Source: Paraphysomonas bandaiensis
Lineage: Eukaryota > Protista > Chrysophyceae
DNA: 64,000 nt
Direction of reading: 5' to 3'
Assembly: GCA_965644295.1 (NCBI GenBank)
Contig: CBFFRP010000199.1
Location: 496,001 to 560,000 of the forward strand
A model generated the notes under the pieces. That model saw only the letters and a program-made list of their open reading frames with translations, ran no database searches and was not told where the DNA came from. Shown here piece by piece: positions 37,100 through 48,690 of this stretch (within the stretch, counting starts at the first letter, position 1; each line of letters starts with the position of its first letter). Position numbers and translations under genes: made by a program.

Positions 37100-37939
37100 T
37101 TAAAACCCTTCAACGTCAAAGCTGTCTAGATATGTATCTGCCATGTTGTCATCAACACACAAATTATCCATAAGTTCTGCAGAACACGAGACTGTTCTAT
37201 CAGACCATGAATGGCGCCAAAGTGTTACTGGGTGCTTACGCGTTTGAAGGCGCCTTTTGATAGTGTCCCTTAGATCTACGCAGTCTAAAACATTAAGAAC
37301 AACATCGAAAGACTCGCGGAACAAAGATCGATAATACAAAAATAGCGCTAGATCAATCACATCGCTCTTAGAACAGTATGATGAGACAAATTGAAGTGTA
37401 TGACGGGCCTGAACAGCAGAGAATCTCTTCCCAGCAGCCTCAATATCCACTAGAGTTTCCCAGTCGCAAGAAAGAGCTTGGTTGTCTAGATCAACAAGGG
37501 ACTCCATTATCGTACGGAAGTCAGGCTCAAGTAAACCCTGACACGATAAATTCTTTTGTAATGAAATGGATCTCAAGCTAAGCAAGTCTGCGATATTCTT
37601 TCCCGCAGTCGTCTGCAGTATAATCGGTTCTGTCCCTTCAATCATTTCTGGGTTGAAATATGTTCTAGCAATATCGATTTGAATATCATGAGATGTAAAT
37701 GTCCACGATAGTGCGGATTGCAGTGGTATGTAAATAACATTCACCGATAAGTTGTCAGAAGTAAGTTCAATGTGCTCACTTCTAATACGAAGTTTCATAC
37801 TTTCAGGCAGCGCAGTTGAAGCGCATATGGAGTTTACACGAACGAGATTGACTTCAAATACGGATACATCAGTAAGTGTTCCATTAAAATAAGAACTTTT
37901 ACGTTCCGCAGAATCCCTCACAGAGATTGCTCCACCCAT
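37100..37939 (-). CDS. Protein of unknown function, 279 aa, MGGAIS N-terminus
   Basis: Long intact ORF, divergent from the Rab gene. Confidence 0.65.
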   Translation of the reverse strand: MGGAISVRDSAERKSSYFNGTLTDVSVFEVNLVRVNSICASTALPESMKLRIRSEHIELTSDNLSVNVIYIPLQSALSWTFTSHDIQIDIARTYFNPEMIEGTEPIILQTTAGKNIADLLSLRSISLQKNLSCQGLLEPDFRTIMESLVDLDNQALSCDWETLVDIEAAGKRFSAVQARHTLQFVSSYCSKSDVIDLALFLYYRSLFRESFDVVLNVLDCVDLRDTIKRRLQTRKHPVTLWRHSWSDRTVSCSAELMDNLCVDDNMADTYLDSFDVEGF

Positions 37940-38455
37940 GATGATTATTATTACTCCTGATTACCTAATTATGAACTTATATCTTTGACATTATACCTTG
38001 TAAGCGAGTTCATCTACTACAACTACTAGCAAAGCTCAATGTTGATTAATTGAACCTTCAATACAGACATGTGTATGATTTATAGCTATGGTACGACTAT
38101 TCTGGTGAAAAGGGCGCAGTGTTGCTATTCCCCAAAGAGATCGCTATCCTTCAGCAGTGTGATAGTGTGATGTCAGAGTGTTGAGCTGGAAATGCTATGG
38201 ACGTAAATATCCACATACAAATAAAATTTTCAAATGCTGTATTTTACGTATTTTCTACTACAGGACATCCATCTTCATAAATACATAGTATACAGTACTG
38301 CATTTTTATACAGTGCAGTACATCGCCTGTACCATCCTCCTTACAGTATCATCCTCCTTACAGGAAGCAACTTGCTTGAAGAAGTTTCTCAGATTAGTAA
38401 TCAGTGCCATGATATCTGCACCTGCTACACCTCTTCGTAATCCGTTGTAAGAATC

Positions 38456-39034
38456 ATGGGGATTTCACCTTCTGGATACGTCATCCAGGACGAGGATTGG
38501 AATGATATCACGGAATATCATCGAAATCTATTTAAAATCACTTTAGTTGGAGATAAACAGGTCGGGAAAACTTCACTGCTTGAAAGAGTAATCGGACACG
38601 AGATTCCTGCAGAATATATTCCCACAGTAGGCGTTGATTTTAGAGTACACAGAATAGTTGTGGCATCAACCCCTCCTACAATAATTTCCCTGCAAATATG
38701 GGATACTACTGGGAACGAAGCTTCTCGATCTATTGTGCAATCTTACACTAGAGGTTATGCAATTATTCTAGTGTTTGATGTTAGTAACAAAAACTCCTTT
38801 GACAATGTTAAGTCGTGGGCGGAACTGGCAAGTATTGATGGAAACTGTGGGCCGCCGGCAGTTCTTGTGGGCAACAAATGTGACTTGCATGATAACAGAG
38901 CTGTGACAGTCACGATGGGAGAAGAGATGGCGAGAGAGCTTGGAATTAGACGTTATATTGATGTTAGCGCTAAGGCAAATATTCGGGTGGATGATGCATT
39001 TGCAACACTCCTCGCAGACCGCAGCCTGATTTAA
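38456..39034 (+). CDS. Divergent intronless Rab-family GTPase
   Basis: LFKITLVGDKQVGKTSLL, PTVGVDF, LQIWDTTGNE, LVGNKCDL, VSAK. Confidence 0.9.
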   Translation: MGISPSGYVIQDEDWNDITEYHRNLFKITLVGDKQVGKTSLLERVIGHEIPAEYIPTVGVDFRVHRIVVASTPPTIISLQIWDTTGNEASRSIVQSYTRGYAIILVFDVSNKNSFDNVKSWAELASIDGNCGPPAVLVGNKCDLHDNRAVTVTMGEEMARELGIRRYIDVSAKANIRVDDAFATLLADRSLI

Positions 39035-39860
39035 ATCTAATGTTTGCATTGTTATTTCGTGACTAAAGAGCAAGTGCTTTTTATACCAATAACGCCACAG
39101 GTAAGCTGTATATGTCTAATAAGTGCGCTAGAGAGTGTGACGTATATGAGATAATTTTATTACACATTTAAGGCATTCGCCACATAACCATATATCCACT
39201 ATAGCAGCTGTAGTCAATAATTAGGTACAAATGTAAATAATCTGATGGACTCTTTCTGATGTACTGTTGGATCTTGTCAAATGCAGTGGAAATCTGTACT
39301 ACACGCTTAGTATAGAGAAACTTATTTAGCGAATATTTAGAATAATTGTGATGACCATAATCACCAGATATTGTCTGAGTCTCTCAGATAATTTTATCAT
39401 CTAAGGAAGCAATCACCATGACGATTATTCACCTCCAACTCATTTTGAAGGGATATGTTTTGATCTATTATTGGACCTAGTCATTTGGTGTAATTTCTTA
39501 GTCATACCAAAAATAGTGTGAAAACCTACTAGTCAACGGGTTGAAAATCTGGTCACTAAATAATTCATATTTTCAATCCACAATCTCTCGGTTGACTAAG
39601 GTGACTAGATGTTTATGGAGTTTACCTCTCCATCAATTAATGGAAGCAAATACTGAATTATTTATTACTTTGGCTAGGGTTTTACACCAAAAATAGTATG
39701 ACTTGGAAATTCAACCATTTGACGAGGTTGAATAATATATCTCATACTGTTCACAAGTTGCAGTCTGACTTCCAATCATCATAAGTATAAGTCATGGGTA
39801 CATAATTTGCGCATTTAGTACAGTAGTACTATTCTCGCACATGTATAACATAATCCAAAG

Positions 39861-41185
39861 CAGGGATAGGGAACAATATATTGTATTGCAATATATTGTA
39901 CAATATATTGCAATATATTGTAAAATATATTGATTGGTGGACTGGTCAAATATTCCATCAATAGTGTTTCTGTTAATAGAGCTCACAATACTATTGCAAT
40001 ATATTGCAATCAATATTATGATAGTCATATAAGAGAAGATCCTCAACTGTATGGTGCAAAATATACGCCTCTGTATACAAATATCCGGAAAATAAGAAAA
40101 AAAGCCTATTTTTGATGTTATTTTCTATTTTTTATGTATCGCCAGCTCAAACAGCACTCTACACCTCTCCACATGTATGTACAGTACTTCTCTTAATATA
40201 GTATATATATCCTATAGTGACAAGAAGAGACAACTGAATGATGAGTGCATACAAGAGTAGGGACATTTACCGCTGTTTTTGGAGTCCGGTCGAAGGTGTC
40301 CCGAACAAACACGAGTGTAAAATCTGCGGACGTAAACGACAACAGAATATTCGGAATGGATACAACAATCTAAAGGATCACACTTTCTCTCATGATGTGT
40401 GGGAGGAGACATTGAAGAGGTATTTACGGGCTGTCTGCACCAATGGTCCCATGGATGCTTTTGTTCTGCAGCCTTCAGACTTAATGATCCGAATTTCGAG
40501 AATGGAATTGCAAAACTCCAAGCAGGCGAAGAATTGGACTTGACAAGATCTGAGAAAGATGCTGTTAGAATATATCTCCGTTCAGACAGTGATTATTGCA
40601 ACAATACAGAGGATGATGAAGCTGAAGTTGGCTATGCGGAAAAAATTCTTCAATCAGCTCAAAAACTTAAGAAGCGAAAAGTTGAAATATCTAAGTACAG
40701 GTGCACGAGTCATGTAGTATGTACTTCCAATACGTGTGAACGCCTGTTCAGCGCAGCAAAACTGATTATATCAGTGTTGCGCAAACGTATGCATCCTACT
40801 ACACTTAATATGCTGTTGTTTCTGAAAGCTAACCGACAGTTGTGGCCGGATGCAAGCATATTTCAATCAATATTGAATGAATATGGTGATGATGATGTCA
40901 CCGATGATGGCTCAGAGGATGAGTATGAGGAAACTTTTAATTAGTTAAGAGTAGTGGGTTTGATTATCAAGTGACCTTAGACCTTATAAAATATGGCAAG
41001 TACTAAAAATGAAAACTACGGATGTGTTTACTTACTGATTAGTCATACTAATATATTGCAATATATTGTACAATATATTGCAATATATTGCAATAGTATT
41101 GTAGGGCCGGTTTAAAAAATCCATCAATACTATTGATGGAACGCTACCTAACAATAGTATTGCAATATATTGTTCCCTATCCCTG
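39861..41185 (+). mobile_element. Internally deleted hAT DNA transposon
   Basis: TIR CAGGGATAGGGAACAATATATTG; 8-bp TSD ATCCAAAG; BED finger (CKIC..GYNNLKDH...H) fused by deletion to the hAT dimerisation region (TSNTCERLFSAAK..RKRMHP..LLFLKANRQLW). Confidence 0.93.
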
Positions 41186-41466
41186 ATCCAAAGGATATAT
41201 GGCCAATACACAATAACATGTCACATATATATGTTTAGTCTACATCATTTAATATCTAATATCATTAAATTACTAGGCAAGGAAATGATGAATGGTTCTC
41301 AATCCACACTTTTTATTCAAGAGAGGTAGTTAGTGATTGTTAGACATCGCGGTGGAGTCGCGTTTCTAATGTACTTCATAACTACAGATAAAATTACAAC
41401 AGATGAGCTACAACTAATTACATGAACACAATATATCTAACTACAACAAACAGAGTGTTCTAAATT

Positions 41467-43221
41467 TTAGTTCGATGCTACTGCATCATCATCACCCAAA
41501 AGATTAGCTTCTTTAAGAGCGTCCATAATATCGGCTTGTGACACAGTTTCGTGCCTGTAGTAGTCCTCATCAGGCGGAGTTCCGCACACACTTGCAGCAT
41601 CACTTTCCGCCCTGGTCAACGGCTTATGCTGCCAACTGACTGGTGCTTGTACTCCATACAGACCTTGAAATCGCTTGAGAAAGTCATCTTTGCACATCCA
41701 GAAAGCTCCGTCATCAGCGCAGCGAGTGTCATGCAATTCGTGTTTATACTGCTTGAATTCCTTTGAGTGATCACTCCATGCGCCCTGCCACTCCGACTCT
41801 CCCCCTATGAACCATATATAAGCCAACATGACTACATTAACTTCTACACTCACATGTGTTTCGTAGGCGCAATAATTGTATAGTCTTGTTATATTTGTCT
41901 TTGAGCTCCACAGCGTCAATGACAGCGTACGCATGCTCAATACCACTCACGATACCGTTCGCATTTACTTTAGATAAATGCGGCTTGGTCACAGTCGCCG
42001 CACCGATCCGGCATTTAACATCTTGCCTCAGTAACTTCGCAACAGTCTTCCACTCTTTACTCACTGTGAGGTTGTATTCCCGTGGCTCGAGGCCCGTCAG
42101 CATCTGCATAATTTCTCCTGCGTAATACGGACGGCGCAGTATCTGCGTATACCCCCCAGTACTGGCACCATAAATTTTGGCGATACACTTTTCCACCAAG
42201 TGTGGCCAAACGATATGTGCACCCTCACGACAGGTTGAGAACAACGGTGTCCCATCTCCCTCCCGACATGGTACGAAGTCATCGACTAGTACCCATCCGG
42301 GTACAGTTATGAGGGCAGGGGTGCCATCCTCATTCATCTTACCAGAAGGATCAGGGGTACTTACAAACACCTTGAGTGAATATACACCATAGATATTCAG
42401 TTCAGACAACAGCGTTTTCATGAAACTACCCCTACAGAGAATATATAGTAAGGTGCACTATAATAAAATACTAAGCCAAACCTGTATATACATGCGATTG
42501 CACCAATTGCAGCAGTGCAAGAGCATATTCCACTGTGTTTTTCATTCTGAATGATGTTGTCCCATATCTGAGTATCAGTCTCGTCGAATACTTTCATACC
42601 TTTACCGTATATGTAGGGTAGCCTATTGAAATGTCGTAGGGTGTGAAGGTCCGTGTACTGATTGTCGTGGTTAGGATTGCAAGGGGTAGCCAGCGATGGA
42701 CCAGGAGGGAATTCTTCGTCTATAAAGAGCTGGTGGTAATCATGGCATATAGCTAATAATTTTGGAGCAGGGTCTTCTTTGTATATCTGCAGCATAGGGT
42801 CAGCGTGATCTAGACAGTGATGAATCTTCGGCAGTTCTGTTAGGTATGACAATATGTCAAAAGCAGCGGGCGACCTCTTGAAGAAGCCTATTTCAGTATT
42901 TGCCTCTTCACATTGACTAGGATTGTGCAATTCAGATTCAGAGAATGAAAGTGATGATGCCCCCTTAGGATCGTCTGTCCATGTGGTTGACTTTCTGGCC
43001 AACACAGGTGCGGTGTATTCTTTACGAAGTTTCAGTTCGAGAAAAAAACGCTCGCCTGACACAACAAGCGTCGAGTCGTGCTTTCCATCGATGATTCTAA
43101 ATAAGGCTTCTTCATCGAAGCGCTTCTGCATATCGTCCGTCCACTGATCGCCTATGATATCTTTCACTTCTTGAAGAGTGTACCATCCATTAGGGTCCAT
43201 TGTCGCAGCACCTGCACCCAT
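41467..43221 (-). CDS. Calpain-like cysteine protease (CysPc only), 2 introns, MGAGAA N-terminus
   Basis: FIDEEFPP, IIQ...GICSCTAAIGAI (Cys), VDDFVP, WPHLVEKCIAK, HAYAV (His), LRLRNT (Asn), WQGAWSD, DDGAFWM. Confidence 0.88.
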
Positions 43222-44546
43222 CTTAATCCTTTTCAAATATCAATATCGCTAACGATGGAAAGTATGAAACGAGGAGTCATATGTATGTATGTATGTATGT
43301 ATGTATATATGAGTGTGGTCACGGTGCTGTCACACTTCGCTCTTCTTGTGCCCTTCAACTTCCAAGTACGCAGCTCTCGCTCTTCTTCTCTGTGTATATT
43401 ATGTACATATGGAAGTACCGTTTCGCGTATACAGTACAAAAATCCCCACTTTAGACTTCGTTTCATCGTATTCAAAATTACTACACCGTATGTCCTGCTG
43501 TATTTCCGCGTATGAGCCAGAATCAACACACACACACACTGCACCTGCCTACACAGAGCAGGCAGTATCTTGCATCCAGCTGCAGCGTATCCATCCATTG
43601 ATCTCCACCTTCAGCAGCACAGGTAGATACCAATTCATGACTCTTATGAAGCTATTCTGGATTCAGTGACTCCAGAGCAGAGGTATTTATTGTAATTGTA
43701 ATAACAGATCCTCCTATGCGCGGAGAGAGTTAATCACATTTGTGAAACAGCGAAATATTGTGCTTGAAAGAAGGAAATATTCTTTATAAGAGCCGAAATA
43801 ATAGAAGCATATCCTTCTAGATATACAGAATTAATATACGGTCTTTGACCTTTTTAGTATTGTGTAAAACAGTGGGGTGTTCACTTAACCAAAATAGAAG
43901 ATGTCGTGTAGTAATTAAAAGTGCTGGTAAGTGTAGAAATATTCTACGAGTAGGTTGACATGGTATGGTGGAATGTTCTTTGAGAGTTTAGGGTCAACAA
44001 TATGTACTACAGGAAATACAATAAGAAGATAAAAGATACTGTTCTGTAATACTAAATACAATATATTGATCCCTAGCCCTGATATCGATATGTATACGAT
44101 GTATCGATGTATGTCATTATAAGCTAATACATTACATATAAAATAGGCCTGGTATTACTTTGTTTCTATAAACGTATAGGAGTTCGTGTGTGACCGTTTC
44201 TAACCCATCATTGCGGGGTTAGAGTTATCGTTGGTGAAGTATCACAGTTATATCGTACAAAGTACTATTCTATTATTGCTTACTTGAAATACCTTGAATT
44301 ATATGTTTCCTTTTAGTGAAATCTTCATATTACATACGGAAACAGACTGTATATGAGCACTCATATCTTCTCGCGCAATTACCAATCATTACTTAGCAAT
44401 CACTGGATAACATTCCACCACTCCGTAAGAATTTCACATCTCAAAACACAAAATTTATAAAGTCGATAACCAACTTCTCCAGATACGTGTTCACCACAAG
44501 ATACACACATTATCGTACGAAGAAGAAATAGTACCGGAATACATTA

Positions 44547-45343
44547 CTATGTTAAATAATATAAGGCTTCATTGAGATGTAATGCAAACATCGTTCCTAC
44601 AAATGTAAAGGCCATAATTGCAATCAGCACAATGGCAACTCCAGGTGAAACTGCATCCATTAATCTAAACGCTATCGCCATTCCGAGAGAAAGACACAAA
44701 ACGGGAAATAAATGTAGACACTTTTTGAAAATCGTAACTGGTGAGCTCATTCGCTTGCGCTTCTTTTTGTAATCATATTTTGAATGCGAGTAAAACCAAT
44801 CTCGAGCCTCGAATCTAACCTCACCGTTACGGTCATGTTGCTTTTTACCTTTCAACCACTCGTCTATTCCATAGTACTCTCTCATTACATCTGCACTCTC
44901 CTCCAAACCAAATGAAAGCATAGAATTTCCCATAAGAGTTCTGAGCTTCACTGATATAGATAATAGAACTATAACAATGACGAAACCTATTATCACGGAA
45001 ATGCCAAGCATGAGAACATAAAGATCAAATAAGCTCTTGAAATCGAAGTCCTTTCTCCTTGCGCTGACTATAAGATGAATACAAAAAACCAGCAACAACG
45101 CAGAAAATCCAGCAACGCTGATGCCAATTTGTGCCTTTTTCTCCATCACTCGTTCTCCACGTCTTCCCTGCACCCAAATGTAATGTTAAGGCTGTATGTG
45201 ATAGGAAATGTCTTTAATACCATGAAGAGAAATGTATTATCCGGTAACAACTCAAGTCCCGTTCCAAGTTCAACATTATTTTCAAGGTCAAAAGTAAGAT
45301 CCGACCTGCTGAGAGATGGATGTACACTGCAATTCGTAGTCAT
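44547..45343 (-). CDS. Putative 4-TM membrane protein; 5' structure uncertain (possible frameshift)
   Basis: ORF 44547-45173 has four hydrophobic segments; upstream ORF 45146-45343 is in another frame. Confidence 0.5.
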
Positions 45344-45809
45344 TTAATGATTATAAACACTAAACAACCACCCACATCATCACTTTCGGAATTGGATAAT
45401 AATTATCAACAGGACAACAATCGTATAGAACCAACAATAATCCTTACTAATCTCGATTCATACCATGCTACTATCAGCCTGCTTTTCTCCAGTAAACTCT
45501 GTACATGTTACTGACCGAGACACATGTTTTGATCCTCACCAAAAACAAGCACACTGACAAGTATAAGTTGCAACCACTGCGGTATACGGTTGTATATGTG
45601 TATATGTAGGTTGTGTGTATGTGTATGCAAGTATATATTCGAGAATGTAATTATGTATGTAGGGTGGGTAGGTACAGTAGATAGGTACAGCGGCAGAAAG
45701 GTACGTATGTGGGTGTGTATAAACTGCGTTCACAGTGATATGCTGATGTGCACTGCAAGACAGCAGCTTCACAGCAGTACAGAACCGTCTCATCAAAGAG
45801 CGTTCTCCT

Positions 45810-47775
45810 ATGAATCGTTCTCTTGGAAGAGTCATCAAGTCAGTGCGATGTCGCCGTGGATCCCTCTGTATCACTCAGTGGCGCAGCGGCTCATCGTCTT
45901 CCTCATCTTTTGAGACGATGCTTCAGCCCCACCACACATCTGTCGTCAAGGAGGAAGCCGTGCTACTGGGACAACTATATACCGCCTTGGCCACACTGGA
46001 TCCTGATTCTCCGGATTTAAGTGTCATTAAAGACACGATGTCAGGTATAGACGATCTGTTCATGGTGGTGGTGGTGGGAGAGTTCAACTCAGGGAAGGTA
46101 AAGAAAGACGCATCAGTTTATCAAATGTTTTAATTGTTTTGCTAGTCGACGCTTATAAACAGCCTTCTCGGTGGGGACTATCTTAAGTGTGGTGTGTTAC
46201 CCACAACAGCGAAAGTATGCGTCCTGCGATATATAAATAGTATCGAATCCCGTACATGGCGCAGCACCGACAACTTACTGCTTAAGGACTTTGAGGAAAT
46301 TGATCTGCCTGTAGAGTGGCTTCAACATATTGCCATCGTGGATACTCCAGGCACGAATGCGATAATAGCGCAGCACGAAAAAATCACTCACCAAGTAATA
46401 CCACGAGCGGATCTTGTGCTGTTTGTAACATCTGCCGAACGACCAGTATCAGAGTCGGAGGCATCGTTTCTTCGAAAAATCAGCCAGTGGGGCAAGAAAG
46501 TTATAATGGTGGTGAACAAGATGGATATCGTCCAGCCCGCTGAACGTGACGAAATTGTAGCTTTTGTGACACAAAATTCTGCCACCATTCTGGGAACACG
46601 AAACCCATTACCCGTTTTCGGAGTATCTGGTAAACAAGGCTTGTCGGCAAAATTAAAGTCATCAGACAATAAAGGAAACAGCTGGGATAGTGGCAATATG
46701 GTATCTCTGGAGCGATACTTGCTCAAGATCCTTGGAAAAGAGGAGATAATCCGTAACAAGCTCGAGAATCCTCTCAACGTGGCGGATCGTGTAGTGGCAA
46801 CGGCAGAAGGTATTATATCAGAGCGGCAGCAAATGTTAGAGGGTGACTCACGGGTGCTAGAATTCATAGAGGAAAATATGGATGCGTTTGTGTATGATAT
46901 AGAAAGGGATGTAAGATACTTCCGTCAGCAGATCCACGTAGTGCTGAACGGTCTAGTTGTACGTGGGGACCGGTTTCTAGATGAAAACATATCTATTTTT
47001 AAACCTCAACTATTATTTGATAGTAAAGCCTTTGAAGAAGCGTTTAAGCGTGAGGTTTTGATTGATATTGAGTCACCCGTAGAAGACATTATAGGTGATG
47101 TCAGTGAACTCATTTCGAAGCGTGCGCGGGCACAGGCAGAGGCAGTATCAACTTACATAGGCACTCGTCCGAGTAAATATGCTGGAAAAATAATTGGAAC
47201 AGTGCGCTCAGGCGCGGCTACATCAGATGACTTTCATACGTCACGACATGTGTTGCTGGAGCGTTTACGTAGAGATAGTGGGGACGTCATGCGCACTCAC
47301 ACACAGGCGGAAGAGTCGGCCCGTGTGACAAATGCAGTCAGAAACTGTGTACAGCAGATTGCAGCTCTACAAGCGGTTTCGGTGGTGTCTCTTGGTGGCT
47401 TGATATCTGCACACATGTTGGATGTCACTGGTGTTGCCGTTTTATCGGGATTTGCTGCCTCCACACTGCTTTTACTCCCATATAGAAGAAATGTGATGAA
47501 GTATGGATATGTATTGGATACTGTTTTGTTATAACTTGTATATATCTTTCAGGCAAGAGTTTGCGGATAAAATAAAGGTGTTAGAGAGCCGCCTAGACGA
47601 AGTATTGACTAATAATATTGAGACTCAGTTGCATGGAGTCAAGGAGAAGATAGGCGATTCCATAGGGCCGTATTCACGATTTGTGCGTGTAGAAAATAAG
47701 AAGACCGCAGAAGTAGCAGAAGAAATGAAATTCATCAAGGCCGCCATTGCCAAAGTTCGGTCACAGATTAGATAG
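45810..47775 (+). CDS. FZL/bacterial dynamin-like (mitofusin-related) GTPase, 2 introns
   Basis: VVVGEFNSGK|STLINSLLG, GVLPTT, DTPGTN, VNKMD, NKLENPL; C-terminal hydrophobic hairpin followed by LPYRR. Confidence 0.85.
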
Positions 47776-47979
47776 ATTAAATTATTGACATCGTTCAATT
47801 TATATACTTTGCACTTTGGCGATTCGGATTTCCTAGATATGCATAACTATTGTTTCTTCTTAATCTTCACTCTTTTCTATTTCTATAGCCCTGTCTTGAT
47901 ATTTCAATGTCTTGCAGTATGCAGTCTGCAGTATGATACGTTATACATTGTGCAATTGACGCAATCGACGTGAGTTAAT

Positions 47980-48313
47980 AGTGTAGTGAATGTCTGATTA
48001 TTAGCAATAGGCATGTAAGAGTCAGAAATAATGTACTAAAAAATTTAACTCAAGTGCTTAACTCTGATATCCTACTATTTAACGCTACGAAAGCTGCTTG
48101 TCCGTCACCAAGGTGCAACCACTTTCTCTCTGACCTTAAGGTAAACAGCCCGGATGCTTGAAGTCAGTAGGTTGCCCATTACCCCCGATGCCCTTGAGGT
48201 GGTGCGGTGACTCACAAGCAGATTTTGTAGCGTTAAATAGTATCAGAGGTAAGCACTAGTTAGTTAAATTGCAATGCTAAATTAGGTCTGCTATGAATAA
48301 GACATTCACAACT
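47980..48313. mobile_element. Two SINE 3' fragments joined head to head (minus ~47980-48202, plus ~48203-48313)
   Basis: Both contain the ACAAGCAG..TAGCGTTAAATAGTA..AGACATTCAC tail. Confidence 0.75.
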
Positions 48314-48690
48314 AGAGTTGCTAACTGCCGACGGCGAGCACGTTGCACCACGCACGGCAGGGCATCTATCAAGGTATCGCCACACCCAATACTTGCTAAG
48401 TCCAAGTCCAAGAGGTAGGCGCTCTCGCACCCTGTGCGACGTAAACTAAGGTTGCTCCATATAAATGTTTCTTCACAAAGAACTTGGCTGTGAGTGGACA
48501 GAATATTATCTGCTGTATACAATTGCGTTTTAATTTTATTCTATCATCACCCCGAATCTGGAGATCGGGAAAAATATATCTAACTTATTAAACCCCACTT
48601 CATTCAAAGATTATGTAATCTGACATCATATTACAAAAACAAGACTATAAGTGGGAGAGCAATGTTAGCTGTAGTTTAGTTGAAGTCAGA

